DNA of 64,000 nucleotides from Mobula hypostoma (lineage: Eukaryota): assembly GCF_963921235.1 (NCBI RefSeq), contig NC_086101.1:1798001-1862000 (forward strand). The letters run 5' to 3'. Shown piece by piece: positions 23,775 to 34,638 of the stretch. The notes under the pieces are model-generated. The model saw only the letters and a list, made by a program, of their open reading frames with translations. It did not search any database and had not been told where the DNA came from. The position numbers and the translations under genes are program-made. Positions within the stretch are counted from its first letter, which is position 1; each line of letters begins with the position of its first letter.

Positions 23775-26705
23775 CTAGTCCCACTGACCTGCACACAGAC
23801 CATATCCCTCCATACACCTCCCATCCATGTATCTGTCCAATTTATTCTTAAATGTTAAAAAAGAACCCGCATTTACCACCTCATCTGGCAGCTCATTCCA
23901 TACTCCCACCACTCTCTGTGTGAAGAAGCCCCCCCTAATGTTCCCTTTAAACTTTTCCCCCCTCACCCTTAACCCATGTCCTCTGGTTTTTTTTTTGTCC
24001 CCTTGCCTCAGTGGAAAAAGCCTGCTTGCATTCACTCTATCTATACCCATCATAATTTTACATACCTCTATCAAATCTCCCCTCATTCTTCTACGCTCCA
24101 GGGAATAAAGTCCTAACCTATTCAACCTTTCTCTGTAACTGAGTTTCTCAAGTCCCAGTAACATCCTTGTAAACCTTCTCTGCACTCTTTCAACCTTATT
24201 TATATCCTTCCTGTAATTTGGTGACCAAAACTGAACACAATACTCCAGATTCGGCCTCACCAATGCCTTATACAACCTCATCATAACATTCCAGCTCTTA
24301 TACTCAATACTTTGGTTAATAAAGGCCAATGTACCAAAAGCTCTCTTTACGACCCGATCTACTTGTGACGCCACTTTTAGGGAATTTTGTATCTGTATTC
24401 CCAGATCCCTCTGTTCTACTGCACTCCTCAGTGCCTTACCATTAACCCTGTATGTTCTACCTTGGTTTGTCCTTCCAACGTGCAATACCTCACACTTGTC
24501 TGTATTAAACTCCATCTGCCATTTTTCAGCCCATTTTTCCAGCTGGTCCAAGTCCCTCTGCAGGCTCTGAAAACCTTCTTCAATGTCTACCACACCTCCA
24601 ATCTTTGTATCATCAGCAAATTTGCTGATCCAATTTACCACATTATCATCCAGATCATTGATATAGATGACAAATAACAATGGACCCAGCACTGATCCCT
24701 GTGGCACACCACTAGTCACAGGCCTCCACTCAGAGAAGCAATTCTCTACCACCACTCTCTGGCTTCTTCCATTGAGCCAATGTCTAATCCAATTTACCAC
24801 CTCTCCATGTATACCTAGCGACTGAATTTTCCTAACTAACCTCCCATGCGGGACCTTGTCAAAGGCCTTACTGAAGTCCATGTAGACAATATCCACTGCC
24901 TTCCCTTCATCCACTTTCCTGGTAACCTCGTCGAAAAACTCCAAGAGATTGGTCAAACATGACCTACCACGCACAAAGCCATGTTGATTCTCCCTAATAA
25001 GTCCCAGTCTATCCAAATGCTTGTAGATTCTGTCTCTTAGTACTCCCTCCAATAACTTACCTACTACCGATGTTAAACTCACCGGCCTATAATTTCCTGG
25101 ATTACTTTTCGATCCTTTTTTAAACAACGGAACAACATGAGCCACTCTCCAATCCTCTGGCACCTCACCTGTAGACAGCGACATTTTAAATATTTCTGCC
25201 AGGGCCCCCGCAATTTCAACACTAGTCTCCTTCAAGGTCCGAGGGAACACTCTGTCAGGTCCCGGGAATTTATCCACTTTAATTTTCCTCAAGACAGCGA
25301 ACACCTCCTCCTTTTCGATCTGTACAGTTTCCATGATCTCACTACTTGTTTCCTTTAATTCCATAGACTTCATGCCAGTTTCCTGAGTAAACACAGACGC
25401 AAAAAAACTATTTAAGATCTCCCCCATTTCCTTTGGTTCCGCACATAGCCGACCACTCTGATCTTCAAGAGGACCAATTTTATCCCTTACAATCTTTTTG
25501 CTCTTAATATACCTGTAAAAGCTCTTTGGATTATTCTTCACTTTGACTGCCAAGGCAATCTCATGTCTTCTTTTAGCCCTCCTGATTACTTTCTTAAGTA
25601 TTTTCTTGCACTTCTTATACTCCTCAAGCACCTGATTTACTCCCTGTTTCCTATACATTTCATACAACTCCCTCTTCTTCTTTATCAGAGTTGCAATATC
25701 CCTTGAGAACCAAGGTTCCTTATTCCTATTCAATTTGCCTTTAATCCTGACAGGAACATACAAATTCTGCACTCTCAAAATTTCCCCTTTGAAGGCTTCC
25801 CACCTACCAATCACATCTTTGCCAGAGAACAACCTGTCCCAATCCACGCTTTTTACATCCTTTCTCATTTCTTCAAATTTGGCCTTCTTCCAGTTCAGAA
25901 CCTCAACCCTAGGACCAGATCTATCCTTGTCCATGATCAAATTGAAACTAATGGTGTTATGATCACTGGAACCAAAGTGCTCCCCTACACAGACTTCTGT
26001 CACTTGTCCTAACTCGTTTCCTAACAGGACATCCAATATTGCATCCCCTCTAGTTGGTCCCTCTATATATTGATTTAGAAAACTTTCCTGAACACATTTT
26101 ACAAACTCTAAACCATCTAGACCCCTAACAGTATGGGAGTCCCAATCAATGTATGGAAAATTAAAATCCTCTACCACCACAACTTTATGTTTCCTGCAGT
26201 TGCCTGCTATCTCTCTGCAGATTTGCTCTTCCAAGTCTCGTTGACTATTGGGTGGTCTATAATACAATCCCACTAATGTGGCCATACCTTTCCTGTTTCT
26301 CAGCTCCAACCATAAGGACTCAGTAGACAAGCCCTCTAATCTGTCCTGCCTGAGCACTGCTGTAATATTTTCCCTAACAAGCAATGCTGCTCCCCCACCT
26401 TTCATTCCTCTGCCTCGATCACATCTGAAACATCGGAACCCTGGAATATTAAGCTGCCAGTCCTGCCCCTCCTGTAGCCAAGTTTCACTAATTGCTACAA
26501 CATCATAATTCCACATGTCAATCCACGCCCTCAACTCATCCGCCTTCCCCGCAATACTCCTAGCATTGAAATATATACACCTCAGAAGATTTTTACCACC
26601 ACTCACAACCTTTCTATCAGCGGATTTGCTTGAACTTTCAACATCATTTATTTTCACCCCAGCCACACTGTCAGCTCTGGTACTGTGGTTCCCATCCCCC
26701 TGCAA
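23775..26705 (-). CDS. CR1 ORF2: APE endonuclease plus reverse transcriptase, 976 codons uninterrupted
   Basis: APE motifs NARS, ISETWL, YRPP, (E)DFN, SDH. RT motifs [37 protein letters not shown]1 C-terminus RPxLEYCVQFW and TRGH. The track start is TTG, not ATG. Confidence 0.93.
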   Translation of the reverse strand: MQGDGNHSTRADSVAGVKINDVESSSKSADRKVVSGGKNLLRCIYFNARSIAGKADELRAWIDMWNYDVVAISETWLQEGQDWQLNIPGFRCFRCDRGRGMKGGGAALLVRENITAVLRQDRLEGLSTESLWLELRNRKGMATLVGLYYRPPNSQRDLEEQICREIAGNCRKHKVVVVEDFNFPYIDWDSHTVRGLDGLEFVKCVQESFLNQYIEGPTRGDAILDVLLGNELGQVTEVCVGEHFGSSDHNTISFNLIMDKDRSGPRVEVLNWKKAKFEEMRKDVKSVDWDRLFSGKDVIGRWEAFKGEILRVQNLYVPVRIKGKLNRNKEPWFSRDIATLIKKKRELYEMYRKQGVNQVLEEYKKCKKILKKVIRRAKRRHEIALAVKVKNNPKSFYRYIKSKKIVRDKIGPLEDQSGRLCAEPKEMGEILNSFFASVFTQETGMKSMELKETSSEIMETVQIEKEEVFAVLRKIKVDKFPGPDRVFPRTLKETSVEIAGALAEIFKMSLSTGEVPEDWRVAHVVPLFKKGSKSNPGNYRPVSLTSVVGKLLEGVLRDRIYKHLDRLGLIRENQHGFVRGRSCLTNLLEFFDEVTRKVDEGKAVDIVYMDFSKAFDKVPHGRLVRKIQSLGIHGEVVNWIRHWLNGRSQRVVVENCFSEWRPVTSGVPQGSVLGPLLFVIYINDLDDNVVNWISKFADDTKIGGVVDIEEGFQSLQRDLDQLEKWAEKWQMEFNTDKCEVLHVGRTNQGRTYRVNGKALRSAVEQRDLGIQIQNSLKVASQVDRVVKRAFGTLAFINQSIEYKSWNVMMRLYKALVRPNLEYCVQFWSPNYRKDINKVERVQRRFTRMLLGLEKLSYRERLNRLGLYSLERRRMRGDLIEVCKIMMGIDRVNASRLFPLRQGDKKKTRGHGLRVRGEKFKGNIRGGFFTQRVVGVWNELPDEVVNAGSFLTFKNKLDRYMDGRCMEGYGLCAGQWD

Positions 26706-26707
26706 AT

Positions 26708-27643
26708 CTAGTTTAAAGCCCCTGCAATAGCATTAACAAACCTCCCTGAAAGGATATTGGTCTCCCTGTAATTCAAGTGTAACCCGTCTCTCTTGTACAG
26801 GTCCCACCTGCCCCAGAAGAGGTCCCAATGATCCTGAAATCTGAAACCCTGCCCCCTACACCAGTTCCTCAGCCACTTGTTCATCCGCCAGAGCATCCTA
26901 TTCCTACCCTCACTGGCACGTTGCACAGGTAGCAATCCTGAGATTACCACCCTTGAGGTCCTGCTTTTCAACTTCCTACCAAGCTCTCTATACTCACTGT
27001 CCAGAACCTCTTCACTCTTCCTTGCTATGTCATTGGTACCGATGTGCACCACAACATCTGGCTGATCACCCTCCCACTTCAGAATGTCATGCAATCGATC
27101 AGAGACATCCTTGACCCTGGCACCCGGGAGGCAACAAACCATCCTGGGTTCCCTGTCACAACCACAGAACCTCCTATCTGCACCTCTAACTATCCAGTCC
27201 CCTATCACTACCGCTCTCCTCTTTTCCCTCCCTCCCTTCTGCACTGCAGAGCCAGACTCAGTGCCAGAGATCCGGCTACTGCAGCTAGTCCCAGGTAAGT
27301 CATCCCCCCCAACAGTATCTAATGCGATATACTTGTTGTTGAGGGGAATGGCCACAGGGGAACCCTGCTCTGCCTGCCCTTTCCCCTTCCCTCGCCTGAC
27401 AGTGACCCAATTTCCTGTCCTCTGCTCCTTTGGTGTAACTACCTCCCTGTAGCTACTATCTATAATCTCCTCATTCTCCCAAATGATCCGCAGGTCATCC
27501 AGCTTCTGCTCCAGTTCCCTAACGCGGTTTGTTAGGAGCTGCAGCTGGATGCACTTCCTGCAGGTGAGGTTGTCAGGGACATCGGAGGGCTCCCTGACTT
27601 CCCACATCCTGCAAGAGGAGCATTCCAATATCCTGCCTGGCAT
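26708..27643 (-). CDS. CR1 ORF1: N-terminal CxxC...CxxC zinc finger and coiled coil, then SGNH/GDSL esterase-like domain
   Basis: First ATG at 27643 (MPGRILECSSC...TCRKC...VRELEQKLDDL). Esterase blocks VIGD(W)IVR, CLPGA, VHIGTND, RDGLH. TAG stop at 26708-26710. Confidence 0.9.
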   Translation of the reverse strand: MPGRILECSSCRMWEVREPSDVPDNLTCRKCIQLQLLTNRVRELEQKLDDLRIIWENEEIIDSSYREVVTPKEQRTGNWVTVRRGKGKGQAEQGSPVAIPLNNKYIALDTVGGDDLPGTSCSSRISGTESGSAVQKGGREKRRAVVIGDWIVRGADRRFCGCDREPRMVCCLPGARVKDVSDRLHDILKWEGDQPDVVVHIGTNDIARKSEEVLDSEYRELGRKLKSRTSRVVISGLLPVQRASEGRNRMLWRMNKWLRNWCRGQGFRFQDHWDLFWGRWDLYKRDGLHLNYRETNILSGRFVNAIAGALN

Positions 27644-28844
27644 TCTCTCTACGCTAAACAATCTGGGCAAAAAACTTACCGGAACCTACCCTGGCCTCTG
27701 CCTGTTCTCGCCGAAGCCGGTTTGAGCCAAAGCCGTCCCACTCTGACTCAGTCCACTCCGACGATGGCCGCTGTATATGGTGGTCTGCTTTTAAACGTTG
27801 GCGCGCTATGTCACGCGCCTGCGCAGTGCAGACCCTTCTCCCCGAGCAGTGTTTAAAAAAGAACTACCTTTTCTACCCGATTTCTTCCACTCTTCTTCTC
27901 AGCTGCTTGCTTCGACTGAAACCGCCATCCCGGGAATTAACCTTGTGAACCTACGCTGCACTCCCTCAATAGCAAGAATGTCCTTCCTCAAATTTGGAGA
28001 CCAAAACTGCACACAGTACTCCAGGTGTGGTCTCACCAGGGCCCTGTACAGCTGCAGAAGGACCTCTTTGCTCTTATACTCAATTCCCCCTGTTATGAAG
28101 GCCAGCATGCCATTAGCTTTCTTCACTACCTGCTGTACTTGCATGCTTGCTTTCAGTGACTGATGTACAAGAACACCTAGATCTCATTGTGCTTCCCCTT
28201 TTCCTAACTTGACTCCATTTAGATAATAATCTACCTTCCCGTTCTTACCACCAAAGTGGATAACCTCACATTTATGCACATTAAACTGCATCTGCCCACT
28301 CACCTAGCCTGTCCAAGCTGGAGGTTTGGTTAACCTGGGTCTGCCCTCACTCACCTACACTCTCTCTGCCCCCTCCATGCTCTCTTTCCCCCAACTTCTC
28401 CCTATCTACCCCACTCTCCTTGCCTCCCATCCCTATGGCAAGCTGAAAGTTTGAAGTTTGGTTAACCTGGTCCTGTTCTTGTTCATGTTCAGCTCTTTCT
28501 GTCCCCAACGTACTCACCGGCCTCCCTGTCCTCTCTGCAACCTCCACAGCCTCTCCCTGTCTTCCCCCAGTCTCGTTGTCCACTGTCCCTGAGGCAAGCT
28601 GGACATTTGGTTCACCTAGTTCTCTTCCTGTTCTGCTCTCTTGCCCCCTCCACGCTCACATTGCCCCAATTTCTCCCCATCTTCTCCACTATCCTTGAGG
28701 CAAGCTGGTCCTGTTTCTGTTTTTCTCTCTTACCTCCACCCTCTCTTTTCCCCCAGTCGCTCTATCTTTCTACCCCTCTATTTTTTCCGTACTATTTCTC
28801 ACTGCCCTGCTATTCATTCTCCCTTGCCGTCGCCCCCCACCCCC

Positions 28845-29695
28845 CGAGTGGGCCAAGATCTGGTAGATGGAATACAATGTTGGTAAATGCAAGATCATTC
28901 ACTTTGGAAGGAATAATAGAAGAGCAGATTATTATTTAAATAGTGAAAGATTGCAGCATGCTGGTGTGCAGAGGGACTTGGGAGTGCTTGTTCATAAATT
29001 GCAAAAAGTCAGCTTGCAGGTACAACAGGTTATTAAGAAGCAAACAGAATGTTGGCCTTCATTGCTAGAGGGATTGAATTCAAGAGCAGGGAGGTCATGC
29101 TGCAACTATACAGGGTACTGGTGAGACCGCACCTGGAGTACTGTGTGCAGTTCTGGTCTCCATACTTGAGGAAGGATATACTGGCTTTGGAATCAGTGCA
29201 GAGGAAGTTCACCAGGTTGATTCCAGGATGAAGGGGTTAACCTATGAGGAGAGATTGAGTCGCCTGGGTCTATACTCTCTGGAGTTCAGAAGAATGAGAG
29301 GGGATCTTGTAGAAACATACAAACTTTTGAAAGGGATAGATAAGATAGAAGTAGGAAAGTTGTTTCCGTTGATAGGTGAGACTAGAACTACAGGACATTG
29401 CCTCAAGATTCAGGGGAGAAGATTTAGGACGGAGATGAGGAGAAACTGTTTTTCCCAGAGAGTGGTGAATCTGTGGAAATCTCTGACCCGGGAAGCAGTT
29501 GAGGCTTCCTCACTAAATATAATTAAGATACAGTTAGATAGGTTTTTACATAGTAAGGGAATTACGGGTTATGGGGAAAAGACAGGTAGATGGAGATGAG
29601 TTTACGGACAGATCAGACATGATCTTATTGAATGGCGGGGCAGGCTCAATGGGCCGGATGGCCGACTCCTGCTCCTATTTCTTATGTTATGTTCT
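28845..29695 (+). mobile_element. CR1 3' fragment
   Basis: ORFs 28867-29124, 29049-29231 (RPHLEYCVQFW) and 29228-29599; TTCTTATG-type tail. Confidence 0.88.
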
Positions 29696-29774
29696 TTGAC
29701 ATTCAGATCAGGGTTCGTGACACTTGGCTCCCAGCACATTCTCGGGATGTGTTGGTTGTTGATGCGAATGACAC

Positions 29775-30257
29775 ATTTTGCTAGAAAGTTTGTGAACCAT
29801 CAGAATTTTCTCTGCTTCTGTATAAATATGACCTAAAATGTGATCAGATCTTCACAAGAGTCCAAAAGCTAGATAGAGAACGCAATTAAATAAATAACAC
29901 AAAAACATTGTACTTGTTCATATTTTAATTTTGAAAAATGATCAAATAGTTGGAAAAGGTATGTGAACCTCCCGGATTATCAGTTCATTTAGAGGGGAAA
30001 ATTAGTCAGGTGCTTCAATCAATGGGATGACAATCACACGGGTGTGGGAGGCCCTGCCCTATTTAAAGAACATAAATTGTGTCTTCACTATCAAAGTCTG
30101 ATCTTCAGAGGTTTTTGGAAGTGCGTTGTTCCTCGATCAAAGGAGATTGCTGAGGACCTCAAAAAACAGACGATGCTCACCAAGCTGGAAAAGGAGACAA
30201 AGCTGTTTCTAAAGAGTTTGGGCTCCACCAGGTCAGGCAGATGTTGTAGAAACCCTT
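29775..30257 (+). mobile_element. Tc1/mariner remnant (5' end plus transposase N-terminus)
   Basis: AAAGTTTGTGAACC terminal-type motif shared with the copy at 56830; PRSKEIAEDL...AGKG..(K)EFGLH paired-like HTH remnant. Confidence 0.7.
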
Positions 30258-33120
30258 AACCATCTGGGTGAACTCAGCTCAATGAAATTAAGGAGTCTGT
30301 ACACATGGCCCTCCTGCCCCCAGAATTTACCCTACAAGGCAAAGTCAAATGACTAGCAGCCCACAAAAGTCTGCCTATTGAGCTGACTACTGATCTCAAT
30401 GGCAGGTGCCGGGGAGGAAGAACAGTCAGAGTCGAGAGATCTGGAGATGGGAGGCCAGCCCCTCCGTGGGGGCTGTGCCACTTCCACTGGAGAATCCAGG
30501 TCCAAATGGGCAGGCTTGAGACGATCCACAGAAACACTGTCCGGAGTACCTCCAAAGTCCAACGTAAAAAAGTTATCCCCCGCTTCCAACACGCGGAGCG
30601 GGCCAACATAAGGCCACTGTGCAGGACCCCGATATCCATCACGACGCACAAATACACATTTTGCCTCTCGCAGACCCGACATCAGGTGTGACCGTGATAG
30701 GCCGTGCTGCATCATGGGCATTGGAGCAAAAGTTTTGGCGCTGTCCATAAAAGCTGACCGCTGCCACGAAGCGGACAATGGGACTGTAGATGTTGGAAGA
30801 AACTCTCCCAGCACCCGAAAAATGAGCTCCGCGGTAGAGCACTGAAGATCCGCCTTAGGGGATGAAAAAGGCGACAGGCCCGCGCTGACTGCGCGATCCA
30901 ACACGTCCGTGGTGAGAGCGATCGGCGCATCTGGGAGAGGGTGCACCAGCAGCATTGCATTAGACAATGCCCGCTTAGTGTCTAAGAACGCCTTGGACCT
31001 TCCCTTCGTCCAGTCCATGATGTGCTTGGTCACTTTTCCCCTAAGGGTCTCGTAGAGGTGGCACATGAGCTGAGAAGCTTTGGGGACCAAACGATGATAA
31101 ATGTTTACCATGCCCAAAAACCCCTGCAGGGTCTTAATGTGACTGGCCAGGGGAAGCACTGAACAGCCTCAATTTTAGCCAGCAGGGGCACTGCTCCTGT
31201 TGCATTGATGTGGTGTCTGGGGAAATCGACCATGGGCAGTCCAAACTGGCACTTCGCCAGGTTGACGATAAGACCATGGTGACTAAGGCGCTGGAAAAGG
31301 GTTCTCAAGTGCAAGAGGTGTTCATCCCTAGAAGAGCTGGCTACCAAAATGTCATCTAGGTAAACCCTGAGAACACCGTCCATGAGGCGCTGAAAGGTCT
31401 GGGCCGTGTTCTTCAGTCTGAATGGCATTCAAAGGGACTCAAACATTCTAAACGGTGTAATAACAGTGATTTCAGGAATGTCACTCAAATGGACAGGCAC
31501 CTGCTAATAACGGCGAATGAGGTGCACCTTCCAGAGCATAAGAACACAAGGAATCGGAGCAGGAGTCGGCCATTTGGCCCGTCAAGCCTGTTCCACCATT
31601 CAATAAGATCATGACTGATCCAACCATGGACTCGTCTCCACCTACCTGCCCTTTCTCCAGAACCCTTAATTCCCCTACTATGAAAAAATCTATCCAACCT
31701 TGTCTTAAATATATTTACTGAGGTAGCCTCCACTGCTTCATTACACAGAGAATTTTACAGATTCACCACTCTCTGGGAAAAGCAGTTCTTCGTCACCTCC
31801 ATCCTAAATCTACTCCCCCGAATCTTGAGGCTATGTCCCCTAGTTCTTGTCTCACCTACCAGTGGGAACAACTTTCCTACTTCTATCTTATCTATCCCTT
31901 TCATAATTTTATATGTTTCTATTAGATCTCCTCTCATTCTTCTGAATTACAGCAAGTACAGTCCCAGGCGACTCAATCTGTCCTCATAGTCTAACCCCCT
32001 CATCTCTGGAATCAACCTAGTGAACCTCCCCTCCAAAGCCAGTATATACTTCCTCAAGTAAGGAGACCAGAACTGCACGCAGTACTCCAGGTGCGGCCTC
32101 ACCAGTACCCTGTACAGTTACAGCATAACCTCCCTGCTCTTAAATTCAATCCCTCTAGCAATGAGGCCAACATTCCATTTGCCACCTTGATGGCCTGCTG
32201 CACCTGCAAACCAACCTTTTGGGAAAATAATTTTACCTGCCAAGCAGTCAGACAAATCCTGGATGTGTGGGATCAGGTATTGGTCAGGGATCATAGTTGC
32301 CGTTCAGTGCCATCTGCCCTCGGGTTTTCGCACGATGTGGGGAGGGGAAGCGGATGGACTGCCGGACCACCTGGCGGTGCCCAGACATTCCGTGGTGTCC
32401 AGCTCAGCCTTGGCAACGGTTAGCCATTTGAGTCGGGCGTGAACAGGTGATGAGGATGTGGTGCCCCACCTCATGTTTAGTGTCGGGGAGGAGAAGGTAG
32501 GCTGGCTCAGGGCCAGGAATTCAGTGAGGAGGCAGAGGAAGTCGTTGGAGGTGAAAAGGGTGCTGGACAGATTTGAGGTGCCGGTGGCAGAGTAGAAAGT
32601 CTCTGTGTTGACAAGGTGTCGGTTCTGGACATCAACGCGAAGGCTGTTGGTGCAGAGGAAGTCGACCCCCAGCAGGGGTGTAAACACCACCGCCAACACA
32701 ATTCCAGCAGAACTTCTGTCCACCAAATCACAACGCCATCTCGCTTACCAAAAGTCAGGAGACGGACAAAGTTTCCATTTTGTATGTCCAATTTAGATGC
32801 GGGCAGGACGTTCACCTCAGCGCCCATGTCACAGAGGAAACAACACCCGGAAACAGACAGCAAACTGCCTGACCTGCCGACGCCCACAGCAGCTAACGGG
32901 CGCCGGCCGTTCTGTTTCCCGACTCCTTGAACCCGCAGGGTGGGCGGCCCTTCTCGGCTCTCCCAAACTTCACGCGGTAGAAACACAGGGTAGGAGACCG
33001 TGGTTGAGCTCTGGCGATAGTCTCCTGTTCAGGTGACGGCGAGGCGGCGAAATTGTCCAGCCGCATGGTCACACAGGCAGGGCTAGGCTGGGCTGCAGCC
33101 CAGGGGTCAGAGCTGCAGAG
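30258..33120 (-). mobile_element. Gypsy/Ty3 LTR retrotransposon internal remnant (gag knuckle, protease, RT, RNase H, integrase tail), interrupted by a CR1 at ~31536-32220
   Basis: LCFY.VKFG.A...PPC, FLCDMGAEVNVLP (protease), PLLGVDFL, MPFRLKNTAQTFQRLMD...VYLDDILVAS (RT), LQGFLGMVNIYHRLVP, HPLPDAPIALTTD, PYVGPLRV...VSVDRLKPA. Heavily deleted; no LTRs seen. Confidence 0.85.
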
Positions 33121-33145
33121 GGGCCCAAAGTAGGTAGCTATCATC

Positions 33146-33830
33146 ATGGCGGACAAAAAAAAATACGAGAGTGCAGCACAGAAAAGAAAAAAGTAACAAG
33201 AAAAAGAGGAGCGTGAGAAAGAAGCATTAAAAAAGACATTGAAATTGACAGAATTTTTTAAACCTGTTCTCGATGATGCAGCAGTACCATCGCTCTTGTC
33301 ACAGTCTGAGACCGGTGGACAAATGGAGACTTGTTCAACAGCTAGCGCTAGTACCAGCGTTAGCACAGGACCACCGTCCTTGCCACAGTCAGCAGCTAAT
33401 GCTGAAGAGGCAGACAGCATGACTTTGGGATTCCCGACCACAGAAGCCTCGAACAACCAAGTCGGGCCGCCATTAATGTTAACGTTACCGCTACTGAGGA
33501 TCCTTACAGCCCTGATCCTGCTCGCCGGGGAAAGGAAACTCGCTGGAGTTAGATTTTGTGGAGGAGATTGTCCATTTCAGGGAATTTGTAAGTGGCAAAG
33601 ATATTTCATCTGCAACAGAGCTTTTGTGCTCCTCAGAGAAAAAAAAACTTGCAGATCATCGTTTGCAGACATGATTGTAAAACGAGCGAAATCATTCTGG
33701 AATCGTCCGGAGGAGTGTCAAGGTCACCAGCGTAGGAGTGTCGACAAAAATCGATATGCGTGTAATTACTTCTAACTGCACTTTATTCCCCCAGCAAACA
33801 TAGATATCAGGGAAAAAAGCCATCCCCAAA
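33146..33830 (+). pseudogene. Probable hAT (ZMYM1-like) transposase 5' remnant
   Basis: ATG at 33146: MADKKKYESAAQKRKK*QEKEEREKEALKKTLKLTEFFK resembles the YESGAxKRK N-terminus of ZMYM1-like hAT transposases. A DPA motif follows near 33515. In-frame stop. Confidence 0.45.
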
Positions 33831-34125
33831 ATGTCATAACGTACAACATACATGACGAACTTAACCCTTAACAGTCTGGGTGAACTCTGCCTACCGAAAT
33901 TAAGGGATCCCTACAAGCGTTATGTTTGTTCAGGAAGGTTTCCTGACACAATATGTAGATAAGCCTACAAGAGGAGAGGCTCTACTTGATCTGGTATTGG
34001 GAAATGAACCGTTTCATTTGTCATGTGTCGGGTCTCTCATTGGAAGAGCATTTTGGAGATGGTGATCACAATCCATCTCCTTTGCCATAGCATTGGAGAG
34101 GGATAGGAACAGACAAGTTAGGGAA

Positions 34126-34638
34126 CACTCACAACACGCTGGAGGAACTCAGCAGGTCGGGCAACATCCGTGGAAACGATCAGTCAACATTTCAGGCCGG
34201 AACCCTTCGTCAGGACTGAAGAGGGAAGGGGCAGAGGCCCTATAAAGAAGGTGCGGGAGGGTGGGAAGGAGAAGGCTGGTAATTCCCTCCCCCTCCCTTC
34301 CCCTATCCCTATGTCACTCTGCCCCCTCCCCTAGCTGCCTGCCACCTCCCTCATGGTTCCGCCTCCTTCTACCCATTGTGTTTTCCCCCATTCTTTCTTC
34401 ACCCTTCCTGCCTATTTCCTCCCTGCTTCCCCTCCCCCACCCCTTTATCTTTCCCCTTACTGGTTTTTCACCTGGAACCTCCCAGCCTTCTCCTTCCCAC
34501 CCTCCCCCCACCTTCTTTATAGGGCCTCTGTCCCTTCCCTCTTCAGTCCTGACGAAGAGTTCCGGCCCGACCTGCTGAGTTCCTCCAGCGTGTTGTGAGT
34601 ATTGCTTTGACCCCAGCATCTGCAGATTATTTTCTGTT
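34126..34638. mobile_element. PLE terminal-repeat insertion with inverted 5' part and 15-bp TSD
   Basis: AGACAAGTTAGGGAA at 34111-34125 and 34639-34653. 34126-34282 is largely the reverse complement of ~34480-34600. Confidence 0.8.
34180..34219 (-). ncRNA. Hammerhead ribozyme copy, CpG-decayed
   Basis: TCAGTC-CTGACGA-AGGGTTCCGGCCT-GAAA-TGTT-GACTGA. Stem I is 6 bp; CGTC has become TGTT. Confidence 0.6.

Larger units (their letters stand above)
23701..27920 (-). mobile_element. Near full-length CR1 LINE (5'UTR, ORF1, ORF2, 3' tail), nested in an older CR1
   Basis: Two long open ORFs and a (TTCTATGG)2 tail at ~23701. The host CR1 sequence ...ATGACAGTCC|CGCCATCCCGGG is split between ~23701 and ~27922. 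Confidence 0.95.
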
